Below are positions 1 through 9,983 of a stretch of 64,000 nucleotides of DNA, in pieces; position 1 is the stretch's first letter, and the number at the start of each line of letters is the position of its first letter. The stretch is from positions 1 through 64,000 of the forward strand of contig RQSC01000016.1 in assembly GCA_013416795.1 (NCBI GenBank). The letters are read 5' to 3'. The translations under genes were made by a program, and so were the position numbers. The notes under the pieces are model-generated. The model ran no database searches. It was not told where the DNA came from and saw only the letters and a list, made by a program, of their open reading frames with translations. The stretch comes from Prasinococcaceae sp. CCMP 1430. Its lineage: Eukaryota > Plantae > Prasinodermophyta.

Positions 1-839
1 ACGCGCGCGCGCCGCTGCCGCGAGCGGCCGGCGGCGGCGAGGACGACGAGCGAGGGAGGCGGCCGTCGTCGACTGGCGCGCCGCACGGTTTGCGGGAGGA
101 GGTCGGTGGGTGCGAGGGCCACTCCGGCCCGGCGGCGGACGCCGGTGGCGACGCGCATCAGCAAGGGGGCGGCCAGCAGCAGTTGCAGCGGGATCCGGGC
201 TCGCGTCCCGAGGGGGCCCAGGAGGAGCGCGAGGAGCAGCCGCTGGCGCGGAGGCGAGCCGACGAAGGCGGAGGCCGCGAGCTCCCGCTGGGAACGCTCG
301 CGCGCGTGAGCTCAAGGTCGTCGATCGCAGGCATATGTGAAGTGCGCGACGACGGCGCGCGCGCTGCCGGGGGCGCGGAGGATGCCGAGCTCGAGTCGGA
401 TGCGCCCTCGCACACGCCGGGGCCGGCCGCGCGACCGCGTTCGCCAGCATGGGTATGCGCGCGCGCCGGCGCATCGTGCACCGCCTGCGGAGCCGCGGCG
501 GCCTTCCTGTTCGACCGAGGGGGGGAGTCGCTGCCCGCGTGTGGTGTGTGCGTGATGAGCGAGGTCCGCCGCGGCGCGGACAGGCTGCTGGGATGTTGCC
601 CGCACTTCGAGCGCGCGCTCGTCGCCTCGCGCGTGCGCCGCTGGCCGAGTTCGGCGGCGGGGCAGCCTCACTCGCAGCTGGAGAACAACAATGACTCACA
701 GTCGCTCTGCGGGGTTGCCCAACTAGAGGAGGTCACCCCGGAAGCCCTGACGCGCAAGCGCGCCGCGGCGCCCTCCAGCACTAGCCCAGCCGTCGGACAC
801 GCATTCGGACGCGCGGCGGCTCGCCGGCGGCTCGTCTGA
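1..839 (+). CDS. 3' part of a hypothetical protein with a possible B-box-like Zn-binding motif (5' end outside window)
   Basis: Frame is open from the window start to TGA at 837-839 and contains CTAC-x17-CGVC followed by CCPH. GC-rich shadow ORFs are common here, so support is weak. Confidence 0.3.
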   Translation, partial: ARAPLPRAAGGGEDDERGRRPSSTGAPHGLREEVGGCEGHSGPAADAGGDAHQQGGGQQQLQRDPGSRPEGAQEEREEQPLARRRADEGGGRELPLGTLARVSSRSSIAGICEVRDDGARAAGGAEDAELESDAPSHTPGPAARPRSPAWVCARAGASCTACGAAAAFLFDRGGESLPACGVCVMSEVRRGADRLLGCCPHFERALVASRVRRWPSSAAGQPHSQLENNNDSQSLCGVAQLEEVTPEALTRKRAAAPSSTSPAVGHAFGRAAARRRLV

Positions 840-1157
840 GCACCATGTGAGAGCGGCGCCGCGCGCCCCCGCCTGCGGGCGGCCTGCGTCGAGGGAGCGG
901 ACGGGGGGCCCGTGCGCGACCCTGCTCGCTGCGGCACGCCGTGCAGCGCATCAGGTGCCCGCTGCTAAGACCACACCATTTAATTGTGCTCGATCAGTCA
1001 ACTGCCTCGCACACTCGGCGCGCGCGGCGGCGCACCAACAACGGCGAAATGCGGGCGCCGCCCGCCCGCCGCCCGCGTCGAGGCGCGCCAGGGTGGCCAG
1101 GCAGGGGAGCGGGCCGCGACGCCGCGCCGGTTCCTGACTGTGCGCTCACTTCCGTCA

Positions 1158-3521
1158 TCACTTGTAAGCCTTCTTACCCCCGAAGCCGCGCTCGCGCGCT
1201 GAGGCTGCAATTTGTCGCCTCTTTCGTCCACGCTTGGCCGCCTGGCGCACCGCTGCCGCGGGCATCGCCGACTGCTTGCGCTTTCGCTGCTGCGCGTTCG
1301 TGAGGCCGCCCGTCTTCTTGTTGGCGATGGCCGCCTTCGACTGGAACTCGCGGCCCTCGCGGCCTGCGAGCACCGTCGCCAGGCGCGCGGCCTTGTCGTG
1401 CGCGCGGCGAGTGTCCGCGAGCAGCGCCTCCTCGCGCACCCGCTTGGGCACAGTTTGCATGCCCGCGTCGGGGTCCGCCGCGCGCAGACCAACCTTGTCG
1501 AGCGCCGAATTCATGCGCACGCGCTCGCGCAGCGCTTTGATGCGCGCGAAGTCCTCCTGCGTTAGGATGCGATCCATGTCGGGGCGGACTGCCATGTCGC
1601 CCTCGCCGTCCTGTGCGCCGGCGTCCATGTCGCCACCGCTGCCGCCCGCGGCCGCCGCCGCCTGAGCCTTCGCCGCCGCCTTCGCCTTCGCCTTCGCCGC
1701 CGCAGCCTTCTTTAGAGAGCGCAGGCTCTGCGGATCCGCCGAGGGGCGCGATTTGGCCGCGGCGGGCGTTGCCTCCGGCTCCTGATCTTCGTCGTCTTCG
1801 TCCTCGCCATCGGTGTCGCTGTCACCACTCTCGTCACTTGAGTCCTCGTCGACGTCGTGCCAATCGCCGCCATCGTCCTCTGCGCCTTCCACTCCTTCCT
1901 CGTCGCTGGCAGACTCCCACCCGTCCGCGTCGCTGTCATCGCCACCGCTCGCCGCATCCCCCTCCTCGTCGGAGGACTCGCCCAGGTCTTCGTCGTCGGA
2001 GGACTCGTCGAGGCCAGGCAGCCCAAGCGCTCGTCTACGCTCGTCCTCTGCGAGCAGCTCGGCGCCTGCGACACCCTCCGCGAACTTCGCCTCGCCGAAT
2101 GCGCTCAGCGTGCGCGTCTTGTCGTGCCCACGACCGCGGTCGCGCTTCTCGAGCAGCCCCGGCGCGAGCTCGCGGAAGAGGCCGATGAGTGAGCGCGACG
2201 CCATGCGCACACCCTTGTCCTTGTCCTTCTTGTACGCCGTCAAGTCTCTGAGGAGGTCTTCCGTCATCACCAGCGGGCAGCGCGTGCACAGCGCGTGGAC
2301 GGTCTTGAGACCCACACCCATCGCCTCGGGGCGCGACCGGTCGTGCACGAAGGCATTGACCACCTGACGCAGCACGGGCTCGATGGCATCGGGGGGGACG
2401 TTGTCGTGGCAAGCCTCGGCGGCAGCTGTCAGCAACAGCGTCACCTCGCGCTGCTGCGGCTGTAGGTAGCGAGCGATGAAGGTGTAGAAGGGCTCCAGCA
2501 CGAGCCGATGCACGGCGATTGTACGAGACACCACCTGCACCATCAGCATCTTCGTCTCAAATTTGTCGCGCGAGCCTTGGAGGCGCCTGAAGAGCTTCTC
2601 GGCGAATGTGTGCGGATCACGCAGCAGCTCGAGCGCCGAAACGCCCATCGAACTGAGCGCCTCGCCACTCTCAATGCGCTCGGAACGCGCGGCGCTTTTC
2701 ACCGCCCGCTCGAGCTTCTTCTGCTTCTTGCGTCGGCTCGCCTGGGTACCAGTGTGAAATGCCTTGTACAGCTCTGACTTGCTCAGCCTGTTCCCCTTCT
2801 TCCTCTTTGCCCCTGGCTGCGCGTCCTCGTCGTCCTCATCCTCGTCCTCAGAGTCCTCGCCGTCGTCGGTCATGCCCACCCCCATGAAGAAATTGAGCGC
2901 CGCGACGCACACGCGAGTCGACTTGTGCTGCACGGCGCTCGCGATGACGTTGACCGAGCGCTCGTCGGTCCACACGTTGCGCCGGTAGAGCTCGATGAGC
3001 ACGGCGAGCGAGCGCTTGACGGCGCCCTCGTCAGGCTGCTGCATCGTGCTGAACAGGAAGGCCTGCAGCTGGCGATTCACAGCGTCCTGCCGCTGCTTGG
3101 CGTTGATGCCGCGAATGTCCGCGATGATGTGCCGGAAGAGCAGCGTGCGCAGGTGCTTGTCGCCCAGACGGAACATGCGGAAGAAGAGTGGCAGCGCCTC
3201 CGCGGCCTCCAGCCTGCCCTTGTTGCGGAGCAGGATGACGGCCTTCGCCAGCGTGCGCCGCAGCTCGGATTCCATGGCACCGGCATGCTTGTCGAGCATG
3301 CCCATGAGCTCCTCCGGCAGCGCGCTCAGCTCAGCGGGGTACGCGCCCGAGCAGTGGGCCATGAACGTGGCGAGCTCAGCCAGCTCGGGGTGCGGCGCTG
3401 AGGGCTGCAGCGCGAGCACGGCCGCGCGTGAGCGGTAGTGGGCGAGCTGGAGCTCGAACTCCTCGCGGTACGCGTCCGGATCGCGCTTGCACTGCCCCTG
3501 GAGCATCACGAGGGAGCCCAT
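1158..3521 (-). CDS. SDA1: SDA1 60S ribosome biogenesis/export factor
   Basis: ATG at 3521 (MGSLVMLQGQCKRDPDAYREEF). SDA1-type motifs FVHDRSRPEAMGVGL, RSLIGLFRELAPGLLEKRDRGR, an acidic tract, ILTQEDFARIK and GGLTNAQQRKRK. Single exon. Confidence 0.92.
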   Translation of the reverse strand: MGSLVMLQGQCKRDPDAYREEFELQLAHYRSRAAVLALQPSAPHPELAELATFMAHCSGAYPAELSALPEELMGMLDKHAGAMESELRRTLAKAVILLRNKGRLEAAEALPLFFRMFRLGDKHLRTLLFRHIIADIRGINAKQRQDAVNRQLQAFLFSTMQQPDEGAVKRSLAVLIELYRRNVWTDERSVNVIASAVQHKSTRVCVAALNFFMGVGMTDDGEDSEDEDEDDEDAQPGAKRKKGNRLSKSELYKAFHTGTQASRRKKQKKLERAVKSAARSERIESGEALSSMGVSALELLRDPHTFAEKLFRRLQGSRDKFETKMLMVQVVSRTIAVHRLVLEPFYTFIARYLQPQQREVTLLLTAAAEACHDNVPPDAIEPVLRQVVNAFVHDRSRPEAMGVGLKTVHALCTRCPLVMTEDLLRDLTAYKKDKDKGVRMASRSLIGLFRELAPGLLEKRDRGRGHDKTRTLSAFGEAKFAEGVAGAELLAEDERRRALGLPGLDESSDDEDLGESSDEEGDAASGGDDSDADGWESASDEEGVEGAEDDGGDWHDVDEDSSDESGDSDTDGEDEDDEDQEPEATPAAAKSRPSADPQSLRSLKKAAAAKAKAKAAAKAQAAAAAGGSGGDMDAGAQDGEGDMAVRPDMDRILTQEDFARIKALRERVRMNSALDKVGLRAADPDAGMQTVPKRVREEALLADTRRAHDKAARLATVLAGREGREFQSKAAIANKKTGGLTNAQQRKRKQSAMPAAAVRQAAKRGRKRRQIAASARERGFGGKKAYK

Positions 3522-3583
3522 GGTCGCCGCCGGCTTCGCGCGGGGGCGCCCCCCCAGGCCGCGCGGCCGCCCGGCGCCCGGGA

Positions 3584-4069
3584 NNNNNNNNNNNNNNNNN
3601 NNNNNNNNNNNNNNNNNNNNNNNNNNNNNNNNNNNNNNNNNNNNNNNNNNNNNNNNNNNNNNNNNNNNNNNNNNNNNNNNNNNNNNNNNNNNNNNNNNNN
3701 NNNNNNNNNNNNNNNNNNNNNNNNNNNNNNNNNNNNNNNNNNNNNNNNNNNNNNNNNNNNNNNNNNNNNNNNNNNNNNNNNNNNNNNNNNNNNNNNNNNN
3801 NNNNNNNNNNNNNNNNNNNNNNNNNNNNNNNNNNNNNNNNNNNNNNNNNNNNNNNNNNNNNNNNNNNNNNNNNNNNNNNNNNNNNNNNNNNNNNNNNNNN
3901 NNNNNNNNNNNNNNNNNNNNNNNNNNNNNNNNNNNNNNNNNNNNNNNNNNNNNNNNNNNNNNNNNNNNNNNNNNNNNNNNNNNNNNNNNNNNNNNNNNNN
4001 NNNNNNNNNNNNNNNNNNNNNNNNNNNNNNNNNNNNNNNNNNNNNNNNNNNNNNNNNNNNNNNNNNNNN
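3584..4069. other. Assembly gap (others: 32925-33203, 41659-42593, 50635-50859; single N at 35797 and 44487)
   Basis: N runs in the sequence. Confidence 1.
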
Positions 4070-4122
4070 AGCCGCCTGGCGGCCACGCGCGGGCCGGCGG
4101 ACGCGGCAGACGCAACGGCGCA

Positions 4123-6354
4123 ATGGCGGACCGCAACTGGACGGGCCTGTCGGGTGAGGGCGCGGCGCTGGCGACTGGCTCGGGCGCTGGCCGGCACCTG
4201 CGCGCGGGTGGCGCGGCGCTGCTACTCGCCGCGGGTGAGGATGGCCGCGCCGCCGTGTGGGACTGCGACGCACGTAGGCTGGGCGCCACGCTGCCGCCGG
4301 TGGCCGCAGACGCGACGGGCAATGGCGGCGCCGCGAGCGCCGCCGCCGCCAGGAAAGGCCGCAGGCTATCGGGCTCGGGCGGCGCGGGCCACCTCGCGCT
4401 GCGGCTGAGCGTTGCTGCGTGGGCGCCGGCCGACGCGTGCAAGCAGGGCAAGCAGGGAAAGGCGGCGACGGCCGCAGCGGCGGCGGCCGCGCAGCGTCAC
4501 GTGGTGGGTTTCGGCACGCACGACGGCGACGTGCTGGTGTGGGACGTGTCCGCTGCGTCCGCCGCGTGGCGCGTCGCCGGCGCGCACGAGGGTGCGGTGC
4601 GTGCGCTCGCACTCTCCGCCGGTGGTGCGCGCGTCTTCTCCGGAGGTGATGATGGCAACGTGTGCGAGGTGGACGGCACCGCGCGCAGCGTGGTGCGCAC
4701 GTTTCGAGCGGCACAGCGGCCCATCGGCGCTCTCGCGCTCTCGCTGTGCGGCACGAGGCTGCTCAGCGGCGCGAGCCGCGTGACGCTGTGGGACGTGAGC
4801 GGCGACTGCAGCGGCGACGCGCCAGCGCGCGTCGCTAAGGTGTCCGGCCACGCGTCCGCAGTGGGCAGCGCCGCGTTCGCGCCCGACGGCCGGCTGGCGA
4901 TGACCGCCTCGCGTGACGAGCGCGAGGTGGCGCTGTGGGACGCTCGCGGCGGCGCTGGTAGCAGCGCGGCGGTGTGCCTGCTCGCATGTGACGCCGGTGT
5001 TGCGTCGGTGAGCTCCGCAGCGGTGAGCGGCGGCGCCGCCGCGCCGAAAGGAGCCTTCGTAGTGATGGCCCTCACCGTGGAGGGCGCCGCCTTCGTATGG
5101 CGCGTCTCGCCTGTCGGTGCAACGAAAAAGGGGAGCGTGAGTGCGGGCGCACTCTCGGTGTCTGCGCCTCCGCCTTGCGTGGTGAGGGTGAGCGGATCAA
5201 GCGGGGCACTGTGGGGGCTCTCCTCGGCGCGTGGTTCGAACGTCGGCGGCGCGTTCGCCGTTACGGTAGTGCACGGCTCACCCGCGCGGCCGACTGTGGG
5301 TACGCTTGAGTTCAGTGCGGGGGAGATGCGTGAGGGCGGCGCAGAGCGCACCGTGGAGCGCGAGGCCACTGGTGGCGCGCTGGCTGCTAGTGCGGGAGTT
5401 GCAGCAGGCAGCGTGCCTCAGGCGCGCGCGGCGCCCGCATCTGCGCCGCACGTGCTCGACGCGGAGATGATTGCCTCGGGGGCGCGTGCGGCCGACAAGC
5501 GCAAGCGCGGCGCGGACGCCGGAGAGGGAGACGAGGACGGCGCCGTCGGCTTGGCGGCAGCGGCTGAGCAGCAGGCGACTCTAGATGCGCTCGCGGGTGG
5601 CAGCGGCGGAGGAGAGCTGACGCTGGGCGAGCGTGTGGCCCGCCTCGCATTGGAGGGGGGTGGTGCCGCGGGCGCCGGTGGCAACAAGGATGGCGGCAAG
5701 GAAGGGCCGGGCGGTGGCACTGGTGGCGGTGCTGGCGGCAACTCTGTCGGATCAGTTGCGGTGCTGCTGGCCCAGGCGCTCGAGTCTCGCGATGAGGGCC
5801 TGCTGGAGCGTTGCCTGGCGGTAGGCAACGAGCGACAGGTGACTGCTTCCGTGGCCCGCCTGCCGCCCTCGCTGGCGGGCCCGCTGGTGGCCGCCGCCGC
5901 GTCGCGGCTGCGCGCCAAACCCACGCGTGCGGCGACACTATGCGTGTGGCTGCGTGCGTGCCTTGCAGCACATGCCGCCACGCTGATGGCGTCACCCGCG
6001 GCGCAGGCGGCACTGCACGAGCTTTATGCTGCTGTGGACGCGCGCACGGCGATGCTATCACCACTGCTGCAACTCCAGGGGAGGCTGCACCTCCTCGCGG
6101 CACAGGCTGGCATGGGAGAGGCCGGTGCTGCACCGGTTGCGCGTGCCGAGGCGCTCGACGCGCCAATGGCCACATTCGTGGACGATGGCGACGTAGAGGC
6201 GGTGGACGTTGCAGGGGACGGCCTCGACTCGGAGGAGGACCAGGACGGCTCGGACATGTCCGAAGAAGAAGAACTTGACGACCTGTCCGCTGACGAGGAC
6301 GACGAGGACGAAGACGACTATGCTGAGGAGGATCCCCTCAGCGACGAGGCGTGA
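4123..6354 (+). CDS. UTP5: WD40 + Utp12/Utp5 C-terminal domain protein (UTP5/WDR43-like, SSU processome)
   Basis: WD repeats (GDVLVWDV, GHASAVGSAAFAPDG, VALWD), then SVAVLLAQALESRDEGLLERCL...LQLQGRLHLL (Utp12-type domain) and an acidic tail. Confidence 0.8.
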   Translation: MADRNWTGLSGEGAALATGSGAGRHLRAGGAALLLAAGEDGRAAVWDCDARRLGATLPPVAADATGNGGAASAAAARKGRRLSGSGGAGHLALRLSVAAWAPADACKQGKQGKAATAAAAAAAQRHVVGFGTHDGDVLVWDVSAASAAWRVAGAHEGAVRALALSAGGARVFSGGDDGNVCEVDGTARSVVRTFRAAQRPIGALALSLCGTRLLSGASRVTLWDVSGDCSGDAPARVAKVSGHASAVGSAAFAPDGRLAMTASRDEREVALWDARGGAGSSAAVCLLACDAGVASVSSAAVSGGAAAPKGAFVVMALTVEGAAFVWRVSPVGATKKGSVSAGALSVSAPPPCVVRVSGSSGALWGLSSARGSNVGGAFAVTVVHGSPARPTVGTLEFSAGEMREGGAERTVEREATGGALAASAGVAAGSVPQARAAPASAPHVLDAEMIASGARAADKRKRGADAGEGDEDGAVGLAAAAEQQATLDALAGGSGGGELTLGERVARLALEGGGAAGAGGNKDGGKEGPGGGTGGGAGGNSVGSVAVLLAQALESRDEGLLERCLAVGNERQVTASVARLPPSLAGPLVAAAASRLRAKPTRAATLCVWLRACLAAHAATLMASPAAQAALHELYAAVDARTAMLSPLLQLQGRLHLLAAQAGMGEAGAAPVARAEALDAPMATFVDDGDVEAVDVAGDGLDSEEDQDGSDMSEEEELDDLSADEDDEDEDDYAEEDPLSDEA

Positions 6355-6401
6355 GGCAGGCCCATCCCGCACGTGGATGGACGCTGCGGCGTGGCGGGCG
6401 G

Positions 6402-6406
6402 TGTAA
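6402..6406 (+). promoter_or_regulatory. Candidate TGTAA polyadenylation signal (representative of several)
   Basis: TGTAA on the coding strand shortly after stops: 6402 (UTP5), 12415 (WD/coiled-coil gene), and on the minus strand 23573-23577 (receptor cyclase), 34642-34646 (SUMO), 43765-43769 (PDF). UGUAA is the known chlorophyte signal. Confidence 0.55.
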
Positions 6407-6476
6407 TTCGCATTTCTTCGAACGACCATGCGCCTGGCGCTCCCCTCGAGGCGCTCGCTCGTGCGACGTGCGTGAT

Positions 6477-7023
6477 TTACAGCGATGACACGAACAACTT
6501 GGCGCCACAAATGTTCTTGCCGTCCATCGCAGCGCGCGCTTTGGTCGCCGCTGCCGCATCGGCGAACGTGATGTAGCCGACAGGCGCCGCGCCTGTGGCG
6601 CTGGCCACAGTTGCGCTCGCGAGTGTGCCGAAGGAACTGAATGCCGCGCGCAGGTGGTCCCCAGAAAGTGCTGGCGGCAAGCCACGCACCAGCAGCGAAC
6701 ACCCTTCGGCGCCCTTCTCGTGGCCCTCGGGAGGGGGAGGGGGCGCGTCGCTACCGATGCCGCCACTTTGCTGGGTCTGGCTGTGCCACATCCGCTGCTG
6801 CGGCTGGCCGGCGGGGTACCCCCCGTGCGCCGGCAAGTGGGCGTAGCCAGCGTTTTGGTGCGCGTACGCGCTGCTGTAGTGCGCAATGCCCGCAGCACCC
6901 CTGCCTGCAACCAGCTCGCTCACCATCTGTTTAGCACGCGCAACGGCAGTCTCGGTGCCCGAGAAGGTCACGATGTGCGTGTGCGGGTCGACCTGAACCT
7001 GCGGCACCGTCGCATGCGCACAT

Positions 7024-7094
<71 letters not shown>

Positions 7095-7900
7095 CGCGCG
7101 CGCGTGCGTGTGCGCGTGCACCGATGGCAGTCAGGTACTCTGAGAGTGGCGCGCGATCGTAGTGGCACATGCATGGGCACCTGACGGAATACCTTGCACC
7201 CCGAGGTCGATTCGACGGCCTTGATGTTCACGCCGCGCGTGCCGATGATGCGGCCGACGACGCTCTTGTCCATCGGTTGCGAGAAATCTAGCATCTGCGC
7301 GGCTGCAGGCACGGACGCGTGCGTATGTACGGGCGTTGAGATTGCACCCGCAGGCCTCGCCCATGACGACTCGGCGGTCCGAGTATTGTAGTAGTACGTG
7401 TGGCCGCTCTTTGGATCGACGCCGTGCACCCACTCGGACGCGGCAGTTGAAGTCGCCGTGGCCGTCGCGGCCGGGCCGCTCGTGTCTGCGGGCGCCTTGC
7501 GTTTCATGCCACGTGCTGCGCTGCCATCGCTTGTGGGGTCGATGGCGGCGGCAGCGACGGGTGGCGTTTCCTCCGCGGCGTCGGCCTTCTTCGCGGGCAC
7601 TGTGGGAGCAACGGTGGCCCCGGCGGCCGCGCCCTGTGGCTCGGAGACTGCCTCATTGACCTGCTTGGGCCCCTCATCCGCTTGCTCGGCCTCCTCTACG
7701 GCCCCCACTTCAACTTGCTCAGCCTCCTCTTCGGCCCCCTCATCCGCTTGCTCGACATCCTTGTTGGCCTCCTCCGCCGCGATGGCCTCCTCGAGCCTCG
7801 CGACCAGAGCGGCTTTGAGCCCCTTCGAGTCGAGCCCGCGCTTCTTGAGCGCGGCACGGAGCTCGACCACTTTCATCTTGCTCACCGCCGAGGCGGCCAT
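6477..7900 (-). CDS. SAP-WW-KH-RRM nucleic-acid-binding protein; join(7900..7193, 6998..6477)
   Basis: SAP (KMKVVELRAALKKRGLDSKGLKAALVARL), WW (EW...YYYNTRTAESSWARP), KH GxxG (IIGTRGVNIK) completed across GT-AG intron 6999-7192, RRM (LLVRGLP...GYITF). Confidence 0.82.
7027..7088. repeat. (TG)31 microsatellite in an intron, followed by a (GC)n/GTGC alternating tract
   Basis: Read directly from the sequence; lies inside intron 6999-7192. Confidence 0.97.
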
Positions 7901-8234
7901 CGCGCGCTCGCGCTCGCGCGCTCGCGAGCGCGTGAATGGCGCTCGTGCTGCGCGAGTCGCGCTCGCTGAAGCCGGCGCCGCGGTGGCGTGCGTGGCCGCC
8001 GCCGCCGCCGCAGTGGCTCGCGCCGCTCCGGCCCTCGAGAGCGGCGCGGCCGAGCGCAGGTCGCCGCCTCGGCTGAAACCCGAACCTTCACTACAGAACT
8101 AATGTAATGTATTTTGATCTGAACCAACAACACGTACAGCACATGTACGGTATATTTAGGGTAGAGGGTACAGGGAACATCAACTCCACCGTGAAATCGT
8201 GCGTTGCATGAGGGGCGTGTGGTGCTGTGCTTGC

Positions 8235-9634
8235 TTAGGGGAGCGGGTGGGCGTTACCAAGGTCGTTGACATGGTAGCCGTCGGCGTAGGCGTAATCACC
8301 GCTGCCGTCGCCCGTCCGGTAGAGGTTGAAGAGGGGCACGAGTGCGCCGCATGGGGCGCGCGCGACGCCGTCTGGGCTGGCGCCTGTACCGGCGTGAACG
8401 TCGGGAGGGGTGCGGCGCACGATGCGCCGGCGGGGGAGCATGAGCCACCGTATAATCTGTGCGGTGAGGGTTGCGGGCGGCCATGCGCGCCTCATCGTCA
8501 GCATCGGGTCTTGCAATGCGAGGCGCCTGCCATTCTGTGATGGCCACGCACGCGCACGTACCAAAGCTCGTAGCTTCAGCGCGGCGTGCAACGCGACTGT
8601 GAGGAAATTAGGCGACGAGGGATAGTCCATGGCCCTCCTGAGTCGGTCGTCAAGCATGGCATACACGCACCACCTTGCAATGCCCCTCGCAGGCCCTGGC
8701 ACCACCGACAGCATCATTGCGATGGTCGTGTCCCCGATGCGCGGGTTGTCCTCTGAGTACTTCATCTCGCTCCTCTCGTACTCCTCGCTCTCCTCGGCCA
8801 TCTTTTCAAGCGACTCAGGGACCCCGCCGATGCCCATTCTCTCCCCAACCCGCCGCCAGTACATGAAGAGAGCGTTGCGTTCCGCAGGGGTGGTGTCTCG
8901 CCAGCCGAAGCGCTCTGTCCAGCGCAGTGGTTCGAGGACGAAGAGGCTCAGCTTTGCATGGCGGTCCCATCCGGGCGGGCAGGTGGGCCTCGGCGTCAGC
9001 ACCGGGTCTCGCGATGCTAGGCGCGCGTCTTCTACATCGAGATCTGCCCACGCACCACGTATCGAAAGGCAGCGTCGCGAGCTTCCTTGCCCCCGGGTAC
9101 ACGCGCGCGCGCGGCGTGTATTGCGTTCATGCGCGCGAGCGCGCGGGCGTGGCGTGCGGAGCACTCTCCGTTCTCGGCCATCTCACGCAGCAGCAGGTCG
9201 GTGTCATCATAGCGCACAGCGGCGTCTGCCTCAAAGCCGCCCGAAGCCACAAGCGATGCGCTCACGGCAGGAATGGCGTACGATCGGAACAGAGCGAACT
9301 CGAGCGACGTGCGCCACAGCCATGGCATGTCAACGCCGGCAAAGCCGCGGAGCAGTTCGAGGCGGTCGTCGTCGTCTTCTGGGTCGAGCGCCGCCCGCGC
9401 GCGCGACCTCGAGTGCCGAGCAAGCGCGACGGCGCACGCGTACACCGTGAGAGCCGCCGGCAAGGCACAACAGGCAGCACCGGCGCCCACCGTTGGGAGT
9501 GCACAAGCTGTGTGCGCTCGTCCTTGCCGCGATGGGGCGTGCGGCAACCAGGCAGCGCGAGATGACAGCGTCCGCACAACGGGCCGCACGAAGCGCGGCC
9601 CTGGCACCCGCGCGCTTGGCCGAGCGACCGCCAT
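8235..9634 (-). CDS. DUF2236/MpaB-like ER-bound oxygenase family protein; about join(9634..9056, 8951..8562, 8456..8235)
   Basis: Motifs ALFRSYAIP, RYDDTDLL, ARMNAIH, YV|LSLFVLEPLRW and YWRRVGERMGI. Two GT-AG introns restore the frame. Start codon uncertain. Confidence 0.72.
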
Positions 9635-9760
9635 CCCTCGCCCGGCCCTGGAGTCGGCTGCTGCGGGGGATAGGAGTGGCACTCACCACCTGCCCGCCCA
9701 CCCACCATGGCAGCAAAACCAGACTGAACCCTAAACACCTTACCTCCAAATCCTGCCGCC

Positions 9761-9796
9761 GAGCCCACCACCGAGCCCACCACTGAGCCCACCACC
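9761..9796 (+). repeat. Three tandem copies of a 12-bp unit GAGCCCACCAC(C/T) in a divergent intergenic region
   Basis: gagcccaccacc gagcccaccact gagcccaccacc, read directly. Confidence 0.85.
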
Positions 9797-9983
9797 CTGG
9801 GCGCGCGCGCGCGCGCGCGCCGTGGATGTGGAGAGTGACAGCGAAAGTGCGAAGTTGCCTGCCACGAAGCGCATCCGCAAACGCAGACGTCTACGAGCGC
9901 AGCGCAGCCAGCGCCACACGCACCGCGGGTGCCACCGCCTTGTCAGCCGGGCGGCATTGGAGGCACTCTCCGAGCGCGCGGCG

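Noticed and set aside
3428-4451. Long ORFs running through N-gaps (also around 32525-33309, 41009-43655, 50041-51222)
   Set aside because: They are artefacts of translating N as X. True starts were taken from ATGs next to recognisable domains.
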